Position numbers and translations under genes: made by a program. The notes under the pieces are model-generated. The model ran no database searches, was not told the DNA's origin, and worked only from the letters and a program-made list of their open reading frames with translations. Below, in pieces: positions 8,360 through 17,633 of a DNA stretch of 64,000 bases. Numbering within the stretch: position 1 is the first letter of the stretch; each line of letters opens with the position of its first letter. This stretch comes from Vicinamibacteria bacterium (lineage in GTDB: Bacteria > Acidobacteriota > Vicinamibacteria > Fen-336). Location of the stretch: NCBI GenBank assembly GCA_035691285.1, contig DASSJI010000246.1:1047-65046 (forward strand). Direction: 5' to 3'.

Positions 8360-9706
8360 ATGAATGCTGTAGCCGTGATCCTCGGTCCCACGTTCGCCGA
8401 GATGCGGGACCCTGGGCTCATCGAGCCGACGCTGCTGCAACAAGCACGCCAGGCGCGTTCGCGCCCTCTCGACCCCCTGAACCTGTGGAACCTGTCGTGG
8501 AAGGCGGACGGGGCCGTGCCGTTCGCGCTCCTGCCCGAGGCCCTGACCGGCGTGCGCGCGCCGATCGTGGCGATCTCCGGGCGCCGCTTTCCCACCGGCT
8601 CCCACAAGGTCGGCCCCGCGTACTCGATACTCGTCGAGAAGCAGCTTCTCGGCTCGTGCCGGCCCGGAGAGCACACCCTCGTCTTCCCCTCGACCGGCAA
8701 CTTCGGAATCGGCGGCGCCTGGGTCGGCCCGCGCATGGGCTACCGCGCGCGGGTCGTGCTGCCCGAGGAGATGAGCGCCGAGCGCTTCGAGAAGATCCGC
8801 GGGTATGGCGCCGACGTCATCGCCACGCCGGGCAGCGAATCGAACGTGAAGGAGATCTACGACAAGGTCCGCGAGCTCCGTGCGGACCCGGTCAACCGGA
8901 TCCTGAACCAGTTCGAGGAGATGGGGAACTACCGCTTCCACTTCCACTGCACGGCGGCCGCGGCGCGGGAGGTCGTCGAAGGGCTCGGCTTCACGGCCTC
9001 CGCCTTCGTGTCGGCGATGGGGTCGGCCGGGACGATCGCGGCGGGAGAGGGCCTGCGCGAGCGCTTCGGCGACCTGCGGGTGGTGGCCGTCGAGCCGATG
9101 CAGTGCCCCACGCTCCACAGCGTCGGTTTCGGCGCGCACCGGATCGAGGGCATCGGGGACAAGCACGTGACCTGGATCCACAACGTCTGGGCCACCGACC
9201 TCCTGGTCTGCATCGACGACCTCGAATGCCTGGAGGGCCTGCAGCTCCTCCAGGAGGGCGCCACGGCGCTCGAGGCGGAAGGCGTGCCGGGCGCCGCGAA
9301 GTTCGTGGACGTCTTCGGAATCAGCGGAGTGTGCAACGTGCTGGCCGCGATCCGCGCGGCCGAGCACTACGGCTTCGGTCCGCGCCAGGCGGTCGTGACC
9401 GTGGCCACGGACGGCTTCGACCGCTATCCATCCGTGCTCCGTCGCCTCGACCGCGAGGAGGGGCCGATGGACGCGGAGACCGCGCGACGCCGGATCCAGA
9501 TCTTCCGCTCGCGGCGGACAGGCTGGCTGCTCCCGGGAACGCCCGCGACGCGCCGCCGCTGGCACAACCAGAAGTACTTCACGTGGGTCGAGCAGCAGGG
9601 CAAGACGGTCGCGGAGCTGCAGGCGCAGGAGGATCCCGCCTCTTGGATCGCGGAGCAGGAGCGCGCCCAGGAGATCGACCGCGCGATCCGGGAGCGCCGC
9701 ACGTGA
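8360..9706 (+). CDS. PLP-dependent enzyme, fold type II (Trp-synthase-beta / Cys-synthase / DpaL superfamily) with ~110-aa C-terminal extension
   Basis: Carries a PLP-lysine motif FPTGSHKVG, a glycine-rich loop STGNFGIGGAW and the GSAGT motif. It starts after the divergent hydroxylase gene. The start is uncertain because the divergent spacer is only 39 bp; an alternative start is at 8399. The stop TGA overlaps the next gene's GTG (GTGA). Confidence 0.7.
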   Translation: MNAVAVILGPTFAEMRDPGLIEPTLLQQARQARSRPLDPLNLWNLSWKADGAVPFALLPEALTGVRAPIVAISGRRFPTGSHKVGPAYSILVEKQLLGSCRPGEHTLVFPSTGNFGIGGAWVGPRMGYRARVVLPEEMSAERFEKIRGYGADVIATPGSESNVKEIYDKVRELRADPVNRILNQFEEMGNYRFHFHCTAAAAREVVEGLGFTASAFVSAMGSAGTIAAGEGLRERFGDLRVVAVEPMQCPTLHSVGFGAHRIEGIGDKHVTWIHNVWATDLLVCIDDLECLEGLQLLQEGATALEAEGVPGAAKFVDVFGISGVCNVLAAIRAAEHYGFGPRQAVVTVATDGFDRYPSVLRRLDREEGPMDAETARRRIQIFRSRRTGWLLPGTPATRRRWHNQKYFTWVEQQGKTVAELQAQEDPASWIAEQERAQEIDRAIRERRT

Positions 9707-10950
9707 GCCTGCCCGCATGTGTCGCGGGCCTGCGCTGCGTGCGCTGCGGCCGAGGCTATGTCCGCGGCCTGGACGGCCCGTGCCCGGAATGCGGGACCGA
9801 GGGCGTGCTGGATGTGGAATTCGACCTGGCCCGGGCGCGCCGGACGCTGACCCAGGCCGCGCTGCGGCGCCGGCCCCGGAGCGCGTGGCGTTACGAGGAG
9901 CTGCTGCCGGTGGCACCGGGAGCGCGTCGGCCGCATCTCGAGCCCGGCTGGACGCCGATCCACGACGCGCCGCGCCTGGCCGCATGGACGGGGACCCGAC
10001 GCCTGCTCGTCAAGGACGAGAGCCGCAACCCGACGGCCTCGTTCAAGGACCGGGCGAGCGCCGTCGGCGTCGCCCGGGCCCTGTGGCGCCGAGCGAGGGT
10101 CGTGGCCTGCGCCTCCACCGGGAACGCGGCCACGTCGCTGGCCGGCGCCGCGGCCAGCGCCGGCCTTCGCTGCGTGATCTTCGTCCCGGAGTTCGCTCCG
10201 GAGCCCAAGGTCGCGCAGCTCCTGGTCCTGGGCGCGCGCGTGCTCCGCGTGCACGGCAGCTACGACGCGACCTGGGAGCTGTGCCAGAGAGCCTGCGTCC
10301 GTCACGGCTGGTACAACCGCAACGCGGCCGTGAACCCCTCGCTCGTCGAGGGCAAGAAGACCGGCGGTCTCGAGATCGCCGAGCAGTGCGGCGAGGAGCT
10401 CCCCGCTTGGGTGGCGGTCTCGGTGGGCGACGGCTGCACGATCGCGGGCCTGTGGAAGGGCCTCGTCGAGATGAAGGCGCTCGGCTTCATCTCCCGGCTC
10501 CCGCGCATGCTCGGCGTGCAGGCGGCCGGCGCACGGCCCCTCGTGGACGCGTTCCGGACGAGCGGCGAGCTCCACCCCGGACCTGCCAAGACCCTGGCCG
10601 ACAGCATCTGCGTCGGCCATCCCCGCAACTGGAGGAAGGCTCTCGCCGCGGTGCGCGCCTCGGACGGCGCCTTCGTCGCCGTCGAGGACGAAGCGATCCT
10701 CGATGCACAGCGCGAGACCGGGCGACGCTCGGGCCTCTTCGGAGAGCCCGCCGCCGTCGCTTCGGTGGCCGGCCTGCGGCGGGCGGTCGCCGACGGAATC
10801 ATCGGCCGCCGGGCCTCGGCCCTGGCGGTGCTCACGGGCAGCGGCCTCAAGGACGTCCGCGCCGCGCTCCGCGCCGGCGGCACGCCCGTCGAGCTGCCGC
10901 CCGAGGATGCCGCTCTCGACGCCCACCTGCGCGAGCGGCCGCTGGGCTGA
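9703..10950 (+). CDS. Threonine-synthase-like PLP enzyme (fold type II) with N-terminal Cys4 zinc-ribbon
   Basis: N-terminal CVRCGRGY...CPECG ribbon. PLP lysine motif ASFKDRAS, plus GNAATSLA, SVGDGCTIAG and LTGSGLKD. The GTG start overlaps the upstream stop (GTGA), indicating translational coupling. Confidence 0.8.
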   Translation: MSLPACVAGLRCVRCGRGYVRGLDGPCPECGTEGVLDVEFDLARARRTLTQAALRRRPRSAWRYEELLPVAPGARRPHLEPGWTPIHDAPRLAAWTGTRRLLVKDESRNPTASFKDRASAVGVARALWRRARVVACASTGNAATSLAGAAASAGLRCVIFVPEFAPEPKVAQLLVLGARVLRVHGSYDATWELCQRACVRHGWYNRNAAVNPSLVEGKKTGGLEIAEQCGEELPAWVAVSVGDGCTIAGLWKGLVEMKALGFISRLPRMLGVQAAGARPLVDAFRTSGELHPGPAKTLADSICVGHPRNWRKALAAVRASDGAFVAVEDEAILDAQRETGRRSGLFGEPAAVASVAGLRRAVADGIIGRRASALAVLTGSGLKDVRAALRAGGTPVELPPEDAALDAHLRERPLG

Positions 10951-10957
10951 GGCCGCG

Positions 10958-12244
10958 GTGCTGCTGAGGGACGCGCTGGTCGCGACCCTCGATCCCCCGC
11001 GGGTCGAGCGAGCCGACCTTCGCATCGACGGCGAGCGGATCGCCGAGCGTGGCCCCTCGCTGAGGCCTGCCGCGGGCGAGGAGGTGCTCGACGCGGCCGG
11101 ACAGCTCGTCCTGCCCGGCCTGGTCAACGCCCACACGCACCTCTACAGCGCCCTGGCCCGGGGCATGCCGCCCTCGACGCCCCCGCCCCGCTCCTTCGCC
11201 GAGGTCCTCGAGCGCGTGTGGTGGCGTCTCGACCGCGCCCTCGACCCGGAGTCCGTGCGCCTCTCGGCTCTCGTCGGCGCCATGGAGGCGGCGCGGTCGG
11301 GGTCGACGGTCCTCTTCGACCATCACTCTTCCCCGTCGTCCATCCACGGCTCCCTCGAGGCCGTGCGGGGGGCGGTGGAGGAGGTCGGGCTGCGGTCGGT
11401 GCTCTGCTACGAGGCGACCGATCGCAACGGCCGCGATTCGTTCGATGCCGCGCTTTCCGAGAACCGTGCGTTCCTCGCCGCCGGCCACGGCGGCCTGACC
11501 CGCGCCCTGATGGGTGCACACGCCAGCTTCACGCTGTCAGACGCCGGCCTCGACGCCCTGGCGCGCGCGATCCGGGAGTGCCGCTCGAGCATCCACATCC
11601 ACGTGGCCGAGGATCGCGTCGACGTTGACGACTGCCGCGCGCGCTGCGGCGTCGGCCTCGTCGAACGGCTCCGGAGGCACGAGCTCCTCGGCCCGGGCGC
11701 CGTCCTCGCCCACGGCGTGCACCTGACCGAGGCCGAGCTGCTCGAGGCGCAGGCCGCGGGCGCGTGGATCGCACACAACCCGCGCTCGAACATGAACAAC
11801 CACGTCGGCCACGCCCCGACACGCGCGCTTCGACGCGCCGCGCTGGGTACGGACGGCCTCGACCAGGACATGCTGGCCGAGGCTCGCGCCGCCTTCCTGG
11901 CGATGCGCGCGTCCGGACGCGACGACGCGGTGATGGCAACCGTGGAGATGCTGGCCGGGGGCCTCCGCCTCGCCGCCGAACTCTTCGGCCTCGCCTTCGG
12001 CGCCCTCGCGCCGGGCGCGCCCGCCGACCTGGTCCTGCTCGATTACCGGCCGCCCACGCCGATGAGCTCGGAAACCCTGCCGGGCCACCTCCTCTTCGGC
12101 CTCGACCGGAGCCATGTCCGCTCGACCCTGGTGGCCGGGCGCTTCGTGCTGCGCGATCGCCGGATCACGACGGCGGACGAAGCCGCGGTCCTGGCCCGAG
12201 CCCGCGAGGCCGGCGCCCGCCTCTGGGAAAGAATGGCGCGCTGA
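10958..12244 (+). CDS. Amidohydrolase-superfamily protein (SsnA/chlorohydrolase-like)
   Basis: LLRDALVATLD...GLVNAHTHLYS metal-binding HxH, then HVAE and GTDG motifs. The GTG start at 10958 follows GAGG, 8 nt after the upstream stop. The ORF-track start at 10703 would overlap the ThrC-like gene. Confidence 0.75.
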   Translation: MLLRDALVATLDPPRVERADLRIDGERIAERGPSLRPAAGEEVLDAAGQLVLPGLVNAHTHLYSALARGMPPSTPPPRSFAEVLERVWWRLDRALDPESVRLSALVGAMEAARSGSTVLFDHHSSPSSIHGSLEAVRGAVEEVGLRSVLCYEATDRNGRDSFDAALSENRAFLAAGHGGLTRALMGAHASFTLSDAGLDALARAIRECRSSIHIHVAEDRVDVDDCRARCGVGLVERLRRHELLGPGAVLAHGVHLTEAELLEAQAAGAWIAHNPRSNMNNHVGHAPTRALRRAALGTDGLDQDMLAEARAAFLAMRASGRDDAVMATVEMLAGGLRLAAELFGLAFGALAPGAPADLVLLDYRPPTPMSSETLPGHLLFGLDRSHVRSTLVAGRFVLRDRRITTADEAAVLARAREAGARLWERMAR

Positions 12245-12281
12245 CGACCAGCGGCGCGAATTTCTTGCGCCGGCTCTACGC

Positions 12282-13829
12282 TCAGCCCAGGGCGGCGAAC
12301 ACGCTCGGGAAGCGGGTCAGGACGGCGATCGCGTGCTGCAGCTCCCTCAGGTCCACGCATTCGCCGATGCGGTGGGTGTTCTGCTCGATTCCGGCTCCAA
12401 TCCCGAACATCGCCGGATGCTTCGTGCCGTTCGAGGCGACCCAGCGCTTTCTCTCGGTCACGCCGATCGTGCGGTTCGAGGAAGGGACTGGAAAGCCGAC
12501 GCCGTCGGTCGAGAAGATCCAGCGGTCCACGCGCGGCTCCCTGCGCAGCGCCCCGGCCTGCGCGCCGCCGGCCGGCTCGACGACGCTGGGCGTGACGACG
12601 GCGCGGTAGGCCTCGGCGGCCGCGCGGATCGCCGGATGGTCCTCGGGAGTGAGCCAGCCCGGGTAGACCTGCGCGTTGTCCGCCTGGTACCCGCGCCACG
12701 TCTTCTCGCGGTAGCGCGGGACCGCGATCTCGACGCGAAGCCCCGCCGAGCGCGCCGCACGCACGGCCTCGAGCGCCTCCACGTCGCGGAGCGCCTGCTC
12801 CGGCGTCTCGCCGAGCGTCAGCCGGCGATCGAAGCGCAGGACGAGGCGCTCGGGAACCGCGCAATCGCTGGGCGTGTCGAGCCGCGCCCAGGAGGCGGTG
12901 CGCGTGCCGTGACCGAGAAAGCCGTGGTCGAGGAAGCCCTCGCGAGCCTCGTAACGCCGCGCGGCCTCGGCCACGATCGCGCCCCCGTGCTCGAGCGGGT
13001 TCAACCCCTCCCACGGCATCGAGCCGTGACACGAGCGGCCGGTGACCGTCACCTCGATCTGCATCCGACCGCGCTGCCCGCGGTAGATCCCCAGGGCGCC
13101 CTTCCTCGAGTCGCCCGTGCCCTCGGTGAGGATGACCACGTCGGGCACCAGCTCCGGCGGGGCCCCAGGCAGGACGTGTCCCATCACGTGGAGCGGTCCA
13201 CCACCGTCGTTGTCCTCCTCCGCGGCCGTGGCGTATGCGCGGACGATCACGCCTCGGAGCGCTCCCTCGGGCGCCAGCTCGGTCAGCAGGCGCGTGGCGA
13301 CGAGCTGCGAGACGACGCCCGCCAGCTGGTCGGCCGAGCCGCGGCCGAACAGCAGATGACGCCACTCGTCGTCCGGCGGCAGATGACCCAGCAGGCCGCG
13401 CAGCGCGCCGCGATCGACGCGGGCGAGGTCGACGAGGCCTTCGTAGCAGTCGATCCCGCCGTTCGTCTTGTCGCGCCACTGGGAGCGGAGCGCCTGCACG
13501 GTGTCGCAATGGCCGTCCAGGTAGACGACGCGCTTCTCCGTCGCGGGCACCCCGTCGCTTTCGTCCTGGACCGACCACACCAGGTTTCCGTAGGCGTCGA
13601 AGCCGACGTCCTCGGGCCGGCGGACCGCGCGGACCTCGACGATCGCCCGCTTCAGGTACTCGAGGCGCGGCCCCTCGTGGTTGCTCGTCCCGCAGAGCGG
13701 ATCGCCCCCCTCCTCGACCGGCCTGTCGACGAAGTCCGCCGGTATGCGGATCGCCTCTCGCAGCAGGCGCGCCGCCAGGGGCAGGTCCCTCGCCGCCAGC
13801 GCCGCGATCCGTTCGTCCAGGCGAGCCAT
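12282..13829 (-). CDS. M20/DapE-family peptidase, YgeY-like (selenium-metabolism-linked hydrolase family)
   Basis: 515 aa with M20 signatures (YLDGHCDTV, ILTEGTGDS, GRSCHGSMPWEG). The N-terminus LAARLLREAIRIP is typical of YgeY. It sits next to a YgeW-like gene as in E. coli. Confidence 0.8.
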   Translation of the reverse strand: MARLDERIAALAARDLPLAARLLREAIRIPADFVDRPVEEGGDPLCGTSNHEGPRLEYLKRAIVEVRAVRRPEDVGFDAYGNLVWSVQDESDGVPATEKRVVYLDGHCDTVQALRSQWRDKTNGGIDCYEGLVDLARVDRGALRGLLGHLPPDDEWRHLLFGRGSADQLAGVVSQLVATRLLTELAPEGALRGVIVRAYATAAEEDNDGGGPLHVMGHVLPGAPPELVPDVVILTEGTGDSRKGALGIYRGQRGRMQIEVTVTGRSCHGSMPWEGLNPLEHGGAIVAEAARRYEAREGFLDHGFLGHGTRTASWARLDTPSDCAVPERLVLRFDRRLTLGETPEQALRDVEALEAVRAARSAGLRVEIAVPRYREKTWRGYQADNAQVYPGWLTPEDHPAIRAAAEAYRAVVTPSVVEPAGGAQAGALRREPRVDRWIFSTDGVGFPVPSSNRTIGVTERKRWVASNGTKHPAMFGIGAGIEQNTHRIGECVDLRELQHAIAVLTRFPSVFAALG

Positions 13830-13838
13830 CGTCTCCTC

Positions 13839-14957
13839 CTAGCGCCCCAGGCGCTCCAGGCGGCCTCCGACGTCCTCGACCTTGGCCCCGGCCAGGAGCG
13901 CCATGATGACGTACAGCTTCTTGTTGGCCTGCCGCGCCACCTCGAGCCGGAAGCGCTTCATCACGCCGGCGCTGACCTCGGCGCCGACGTCCGCCGGCAG
14001 GCAGTGGAGGTAGAGCGCGTCCCGGGTCAGGGCCATGCGCCGCTCGTCGCAGATCCAGTTGCGGTGACGGGCGTTCTGCTCGAGCGCGCGTCGCTCGATG
14101 TCGGCCAGCCGCGAGCGGTCGCCCGCCCGGTTCGCCTCGACCCGCTCCTGCATCAGGTCCCAGGGACCCCACGACTTCGGATACACGGCGTCGGCCGCGG
14201 CGAAGGCTTCGTCCATGTCGGACAGCACGCGGAACGATCCTCCCGAGGAGGCGGCGTTGGCAGCGGCCGCCGCCATGGGCTCCTCCATCAGGCGATATCC
14301 GTCCGGGTGGGCGAGGGTGACGTGGGCGCCGAAGCGTGTCAGCAGGGAGACGAGACCCTGTGGAACCGAGAGCGGCTTCGCGTAGCTCGGCGAGTAGGCC
14401 CACGAGACCGCGATCCTCTTCCCGGCCAGCGCGCCGAGCCGCTCGCGCAGCCAGAGCAGGTCGGCCAGCGTCTGGGTCGGGTGGTCCACGTCGCACTGGA
14501 GGTTGACCACGGGCACGGCGCGCCGATCGCCGGTGTCCGCGAGGTAGGCGTCGAGGCCGGCCTTCAGCTCGCGCATGAAGCGCTGGCCCTCCCCCAGGAT
14601 CAAGTCGTGACGAATTCCCAACGCGTGGGCGTTCATCCCGAGCATCGCGCCCGTCTCGGCCGCGGTCTCGCCGTGCGCGACCTGCGTCGAGCCGCCGTCC
14701 ACGATCACCGGGTGCATGCCGAGGCGCGCAGCGGCGCCAGCCCAGGCCGACTTCGTGCGCGTCGAGTTGTCGAAGAAGAGGGCGTAGGCGAGCTGCCCCG
14801 GGAGCAGCGTGAGGCGCTCTCCCCTTCGATCGAGGGCCTCGAAGCGGACGGCCAGCGTCAAGAGCGACTCCAGGTCGGCTGCCGGCCAGTCCCGGGTCAA
14901 TAGCAGGGACCGTCCCTGCAGGGCGGCGAGAGACGGGGCGTCCAGAACCGATGTCAT
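13839..14957 (-). CDS. YgeW-like knotted carbamoyltransferase (ATCase/OTCase family)
   Basis: STRTKSAW carbamoyl-phosphate motif and the HCLPA motif near the C-terminus. Internal ATG at 14955-14957 (MTSVLDAPSLAAL...) was chosen. The upstream 128 codons of the ORF are low complexity and reach into the divergent gene. Confidence 0.8.
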   Translation of the reverse strand: MTSVLDAPSLAALQGRSLLLTRDWPAADLESLLTLAVRFEALDRRGERLTLLPGQLAYALFFDNSTRTKSAWAGAAARLGMHPVIVDGGSTQVAHGETAAETGAMLGMNAHALGIRHDLILGEGQRFMRELKAGLDAYLADTGDRRAVPVVNLQCDVDHPTQTLADLLWLRERLGALAGKRIAVSWAYSPSYAKPLSVPQGLVSLLTRFGAHVTLAHPDGYRLMEEPMAAAAANAASSGGSFRVLSDMDEAFAAADAVYPKSWGPWDLMQERVEANRAGDRSRLADIERRALEQNARHRNWICDERRMALTRDALYLHCLPADVGAEVSAGVMKRFRLEVARQANKKLYVIMALLAGAKVEDVGGRLERLGR

Positions 14958-15033
14958 GCCCGAAGGCCTAATCAAGTCATGTGCCAGCGCTCGATGGCCC
15001 GGGGGTTGCAGCGTCCGCGACCGGAGTCGGACC

Positions 15034-17073
15034 ATGGCCGAGCTGACCCCGGCGCCGCTGTCGCTGCTGCTGAGGCGGATGCTCCGCGAGTTCGAGCGGG
15101 AGGGGAAGGTATTCGACCTCCCGTGCCGCCGCTTCTGGCGTGGCTCGGAGGACCTCGATCTCGGGATCCAGGTCCACGGGCGTCGCGTCGCCAATCCGGC
15201 CGGACCTGCCGCGGGCCCCCACGGACAGATGGCGCAAAACCTGCTGCTGTCCTGGCTCGCCGGCGCCCGCTTCGTCGAGCTGAAGACGGTCCAGCTGAAC
15301 GACCGCCCAAGGATCTCCCGGCCTTGCATCGACATGGCCACGGTGGGCTACAACGTCGAATGGAGCCAGGAGCTCCGGCTCGAGGAGAGCCTGCGCGAGT
15401 ACGTGAAGGGCTCGATGCTGATCGACGTCGCTCGTCACCTCCGCCTCCTGGGCAGGCCCGACGACCCGAGGCGCGACGACGTCGTCCTCGACGTCAGCGT
15501 CGGCTACGACCTGGCTGGCGTCCGCTCGCCTGCGGTGCGCTCCTGGATCGCCGGGATGAAGGATGCGCGATCCTCGGTCGACGCGCTCCGGGCAGAAATC
15601 CCCGAGGAGTGGCGCGAGCTGCGCGATCTCGACTTCCACACCGCGCTCTCGAGCCAGGCGACGCTGTCCACCTTCCATGGCTGCGACGCGCGGGAGATCG
15701 AGTCGATCGCGACGTTCCTGATGGAGGGACTCGACCTCGACGTGACGGTCAAGCTGAACCCGACGCTGATGGGCCGGGAGGCGGTCGACGGCCTGCTCCA
15801 CGACGTCCTCGGCTACACGGACGTCGAGACGCGCGCCGAGGACTTCGACCGGGACCTTCGCTGGCCCCGGGCCCTCGAGCTGAGCGACCGGCTGAGCGAG
15901 CGGGCGCGAGCCCTCGGCCGCGGCTTCCGACTGAAGCTGTCGAACACCCTCGTGGTGCGCAACCGGAGCGCGTTCCTGCCTCCGGGCGAACCCGTGGCCT
16001 ACCTCTCGGGTCCCCCGCTCCACGTGATCGCCCTCGCCCTCGTCGAGCGCTTCCGCCGGGAGCGTCCCGAGGTCCCGCTGTCGTTCTCGGCGGGCGTCGA
16101 CAGCCGGAACTTCGCGGACTGCGTCGCTCTCGGCCTGGCGCCGGTCACCGTATGCACGGACCTGCTCAAGCCCGGCGGCTACGGCCGGCTGCCCCGCTAC
16201 CTCGTCAACCTCGAGGCCCGCATGCGCGACCTGGGGACGGCCTGCGTCGGTGACTTCGTGCTCCGGGCTGGCGGCCACGCCGAAGAGGCCGTCGCCCGGG
16301 CGGGCAAGGAGGCGCCCTACGAAGCCCTCGTACGGGCGGCCGCCCTCCTGAACACGCCCGACGTGGCCGCGCGGGCCGCCGCCGATCCCCGCTATCGGGC
16401 GGAGTCGCAGGACCCTCCGCGTCGGGTCGAGCGGGCCCTGGCGCTCTTCGACTGCATCAACTGCGACAAGTGCCTGCCGGCGTGCCCGAACGACGCCAAC
16501 TTCGTCTACGAGGCAGCGCCGCTCGCGCGGGACTACGAGAACTACCGCGTCCAGGGGGGGCGGGCAGTGCCCATCGCGGGCGGCCGCTTCGAGGTGCGCG
16601 AGTGCCATCAGCTCGCCTGCTACCAGGACTTCTGCAACGACTGCGGGAACTGTGACACCTTCTGCCCGGAGCATGGCGGCCCCTACCTTCGCAAGCCGCG
16701 CCTCTTCGGATCGCTCGGCGCTTACTGCCGGTCGGCCGATCGCGATGGATTCTGCATGGTGAAGAGGCCGGCCTCGGAAGCGATGTGGGGCCGCCTGGGT
16801 GGAGCCGAGTACCGGCTCGTCGTGGACCGCGCCGCCGACCGCGCCGTGTTCACGGACGGCCGTGTGGCTCTGGAGCTGCGACACTCGCGGCGGGCGCCGC
16901 TCGCGGCGTCGGCCCTCGCGGACGCCGAGGACGGAGCGGTCCTGGACGTGGGCGCCTACTTCAAGATGGCGACGATTCTCGACGGCGTCCTCGATACGAG
17001 CCGCGTCAATCCCGTGAACGTCGCGTCGCGCGACATCAGACGTTCGGGATCTTCAACTTCTGGCCGGGCTTGA
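15034..17073 (+). CDS. Fe-S flavoprotein oxidoreductase, DHOD/DHPD-like TIM barrel with two C-terminal [4Fe-4S] ferredoxin motifs (YgfK/PreA-like)
   Basis: Starts MAELTPAPLSLLLRRMLREFE. CINCDKCLPACPND and CNDCGNCDTFCPE clusters lie near the C-terminus. Divergent from the ygeW-like gene across a 76-bp spacer. Confidence 0.65.
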   Translation: MAELTPAPLSLLLRRMLREFEREGKVFDLPCRRFWRGSEDLDLGIQVHGRRVANPAGPAAGPHGQMAQNLLLSWLAGARFVELKTVQLNDRPRISRPCIDMATVGYNVEWSQELRLEESLREYVKGSMLIDVARHLRLLGRPDDPRRDDVVLDVSVGYDLAGVRSPAVRSWIAGMKDARSSVDALRAEIPEEWRELRDLDFHTALSSQATLSTFHGCDAREIESIATFLMEGLDLDVTVKLNPTLMGREAVDGLLHDVLGYTDVETRAEDFDRDLRWPRALELSDRLSERARALGRGFRLKLSNTLVVRNRSAFLPPGEPVAYLSGPPLHVIALALVERFRRERPEVPLSFSAGVDSRNFADCVALGLAPVTVCTDLLKPGGYGRLPRYLVNLEARMRDLGTACVGDFVLRAGGHAEEAVARAGKEAPYEALVRAAALLNTPDVAARAAADPRYRAESQDPPRRVERALALFDCINCDKCLPACPNDANFVYEAAPLARDYENYRVQGGRAVPIAGGRFEVRECHQLACYQDFCNDCGNCDTFCPEHGGPYLRKPRLFGSLGAYCRSADRDGFCMVKRPASEAMWGRLGGAEYRLVVDRAADRAVFTDGRVALELRHSRRAPLAASALADAEDGAVLDVGAYFKMATILDGVLDTSRVNPVNVASRDIRRSGSSTSGRA

Positions 17074-17413
17074 TCTGGTTCGGGTCCTTCAGGATGTCCT
17101 TGTTGGCCTCGAAGATCTTCATGTACTTGTTGCCGTCGTCGTAGCAGCGCTTCGCGACCTTGGAGAGCGAGTCGCCCGCCTGCACCACCCAGTACCCGTA
17201 CACGTCCTGGCTCTCGACCTTGAGGTCGCAGACGAGGTCCGCCTCCCAGCCCGGCTGCTCCTTGATCGCATCCCAGACCAGGTCCTTCTCGAGCTGGTAG
17301 GGAGCGGTTCCGACGATGTGCAGCTTCCCGGCCTTCTCCTCGATCGACAGCCCTTGGATGGGCAGCTTCCCGGTCAGCTCGATTGCCTTGCGGTACTTCT
17401 CCATGAGTGCCAT
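17036..17413 (-). CDS. kbp: BON + LysM domain protein, Kbp/YgaU-like (potassium-binding protein family)
   Basis: MALMEKYRKAIELTGKLPIQGLSIEEKAGKLHIVGTAPYQ (BON) followed by YWVVQAGDSLSKVAKRCYDDGNKYMKIFEANKDILKDPNQIKPGQKLKIP (LysM). The region is lower GC than its flanks. The 3' end overlaps the convergent gene by 38 bp. Confidence 0.8.
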   Translation of the reverse strand: MALMEKYRKAIELTGKLPIQGLSIEEKAGKLHIVGTAPYQLEKDLVWDAIKEQPGWEADLVCDLKVESQDVYGYWVVQAGDSLSKVAKRCYDDGNKYMKIFEANKDILKDPNQIKPGQKLKIPNV

Positions 17414-17482
17414 GAGCCGATTGTTGGCGCAGGGCCCGCGTACGGTCAACCGTGCGAGCCGATCCGTCCGACGTCCAGCGCC

Positions 17483-17560
17483 GGCCGTCGACGAGGTACA
17501 GGCTCCCGAGACCGCGCCAGTAGCTGTACACGTACGAGCGCCAGGGCTGGCCGGCATGCC
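17483..17560 (-). pseudogene. 78-bp remnant of a Ser/Thr-kinase beta-propeller C-terminus
   Basis: 17483-17542 matches 23509-23568 with one mismatch over 60 bp (encoding ...[19 protein letters not shown]). 17531-17560 is identical to 23927-23956. There is no intact ORF or start codon. Confidence 0.5.
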
Positions 17561-17633
17561 CGGGCGAAGACACCCGATCTTGACTTGTCTGACGAGCGAG
17601 GCGTAGCGTGAGACTGCAGCAGGAGGGCTGACG

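Noticed and set aside
8321-9985. N-terminal 555-codon extension of the 1432-aa minus-strand ORF (5687..9985)
   Set aside because: The protein there is G/R/A/P-rich low complexity and lies antisense to a PLP enzyme gene with clear motifs. The hydroxylase has a clean ATG (MVTVRF...) at 8320 where the 2Fe-2S domain begins.
14977-16884. 635-aa minus-strand ORF
   Set aside because: Antisense to the Fe-S TIM-barrel oxidoreductase; low complexity with no motifs.
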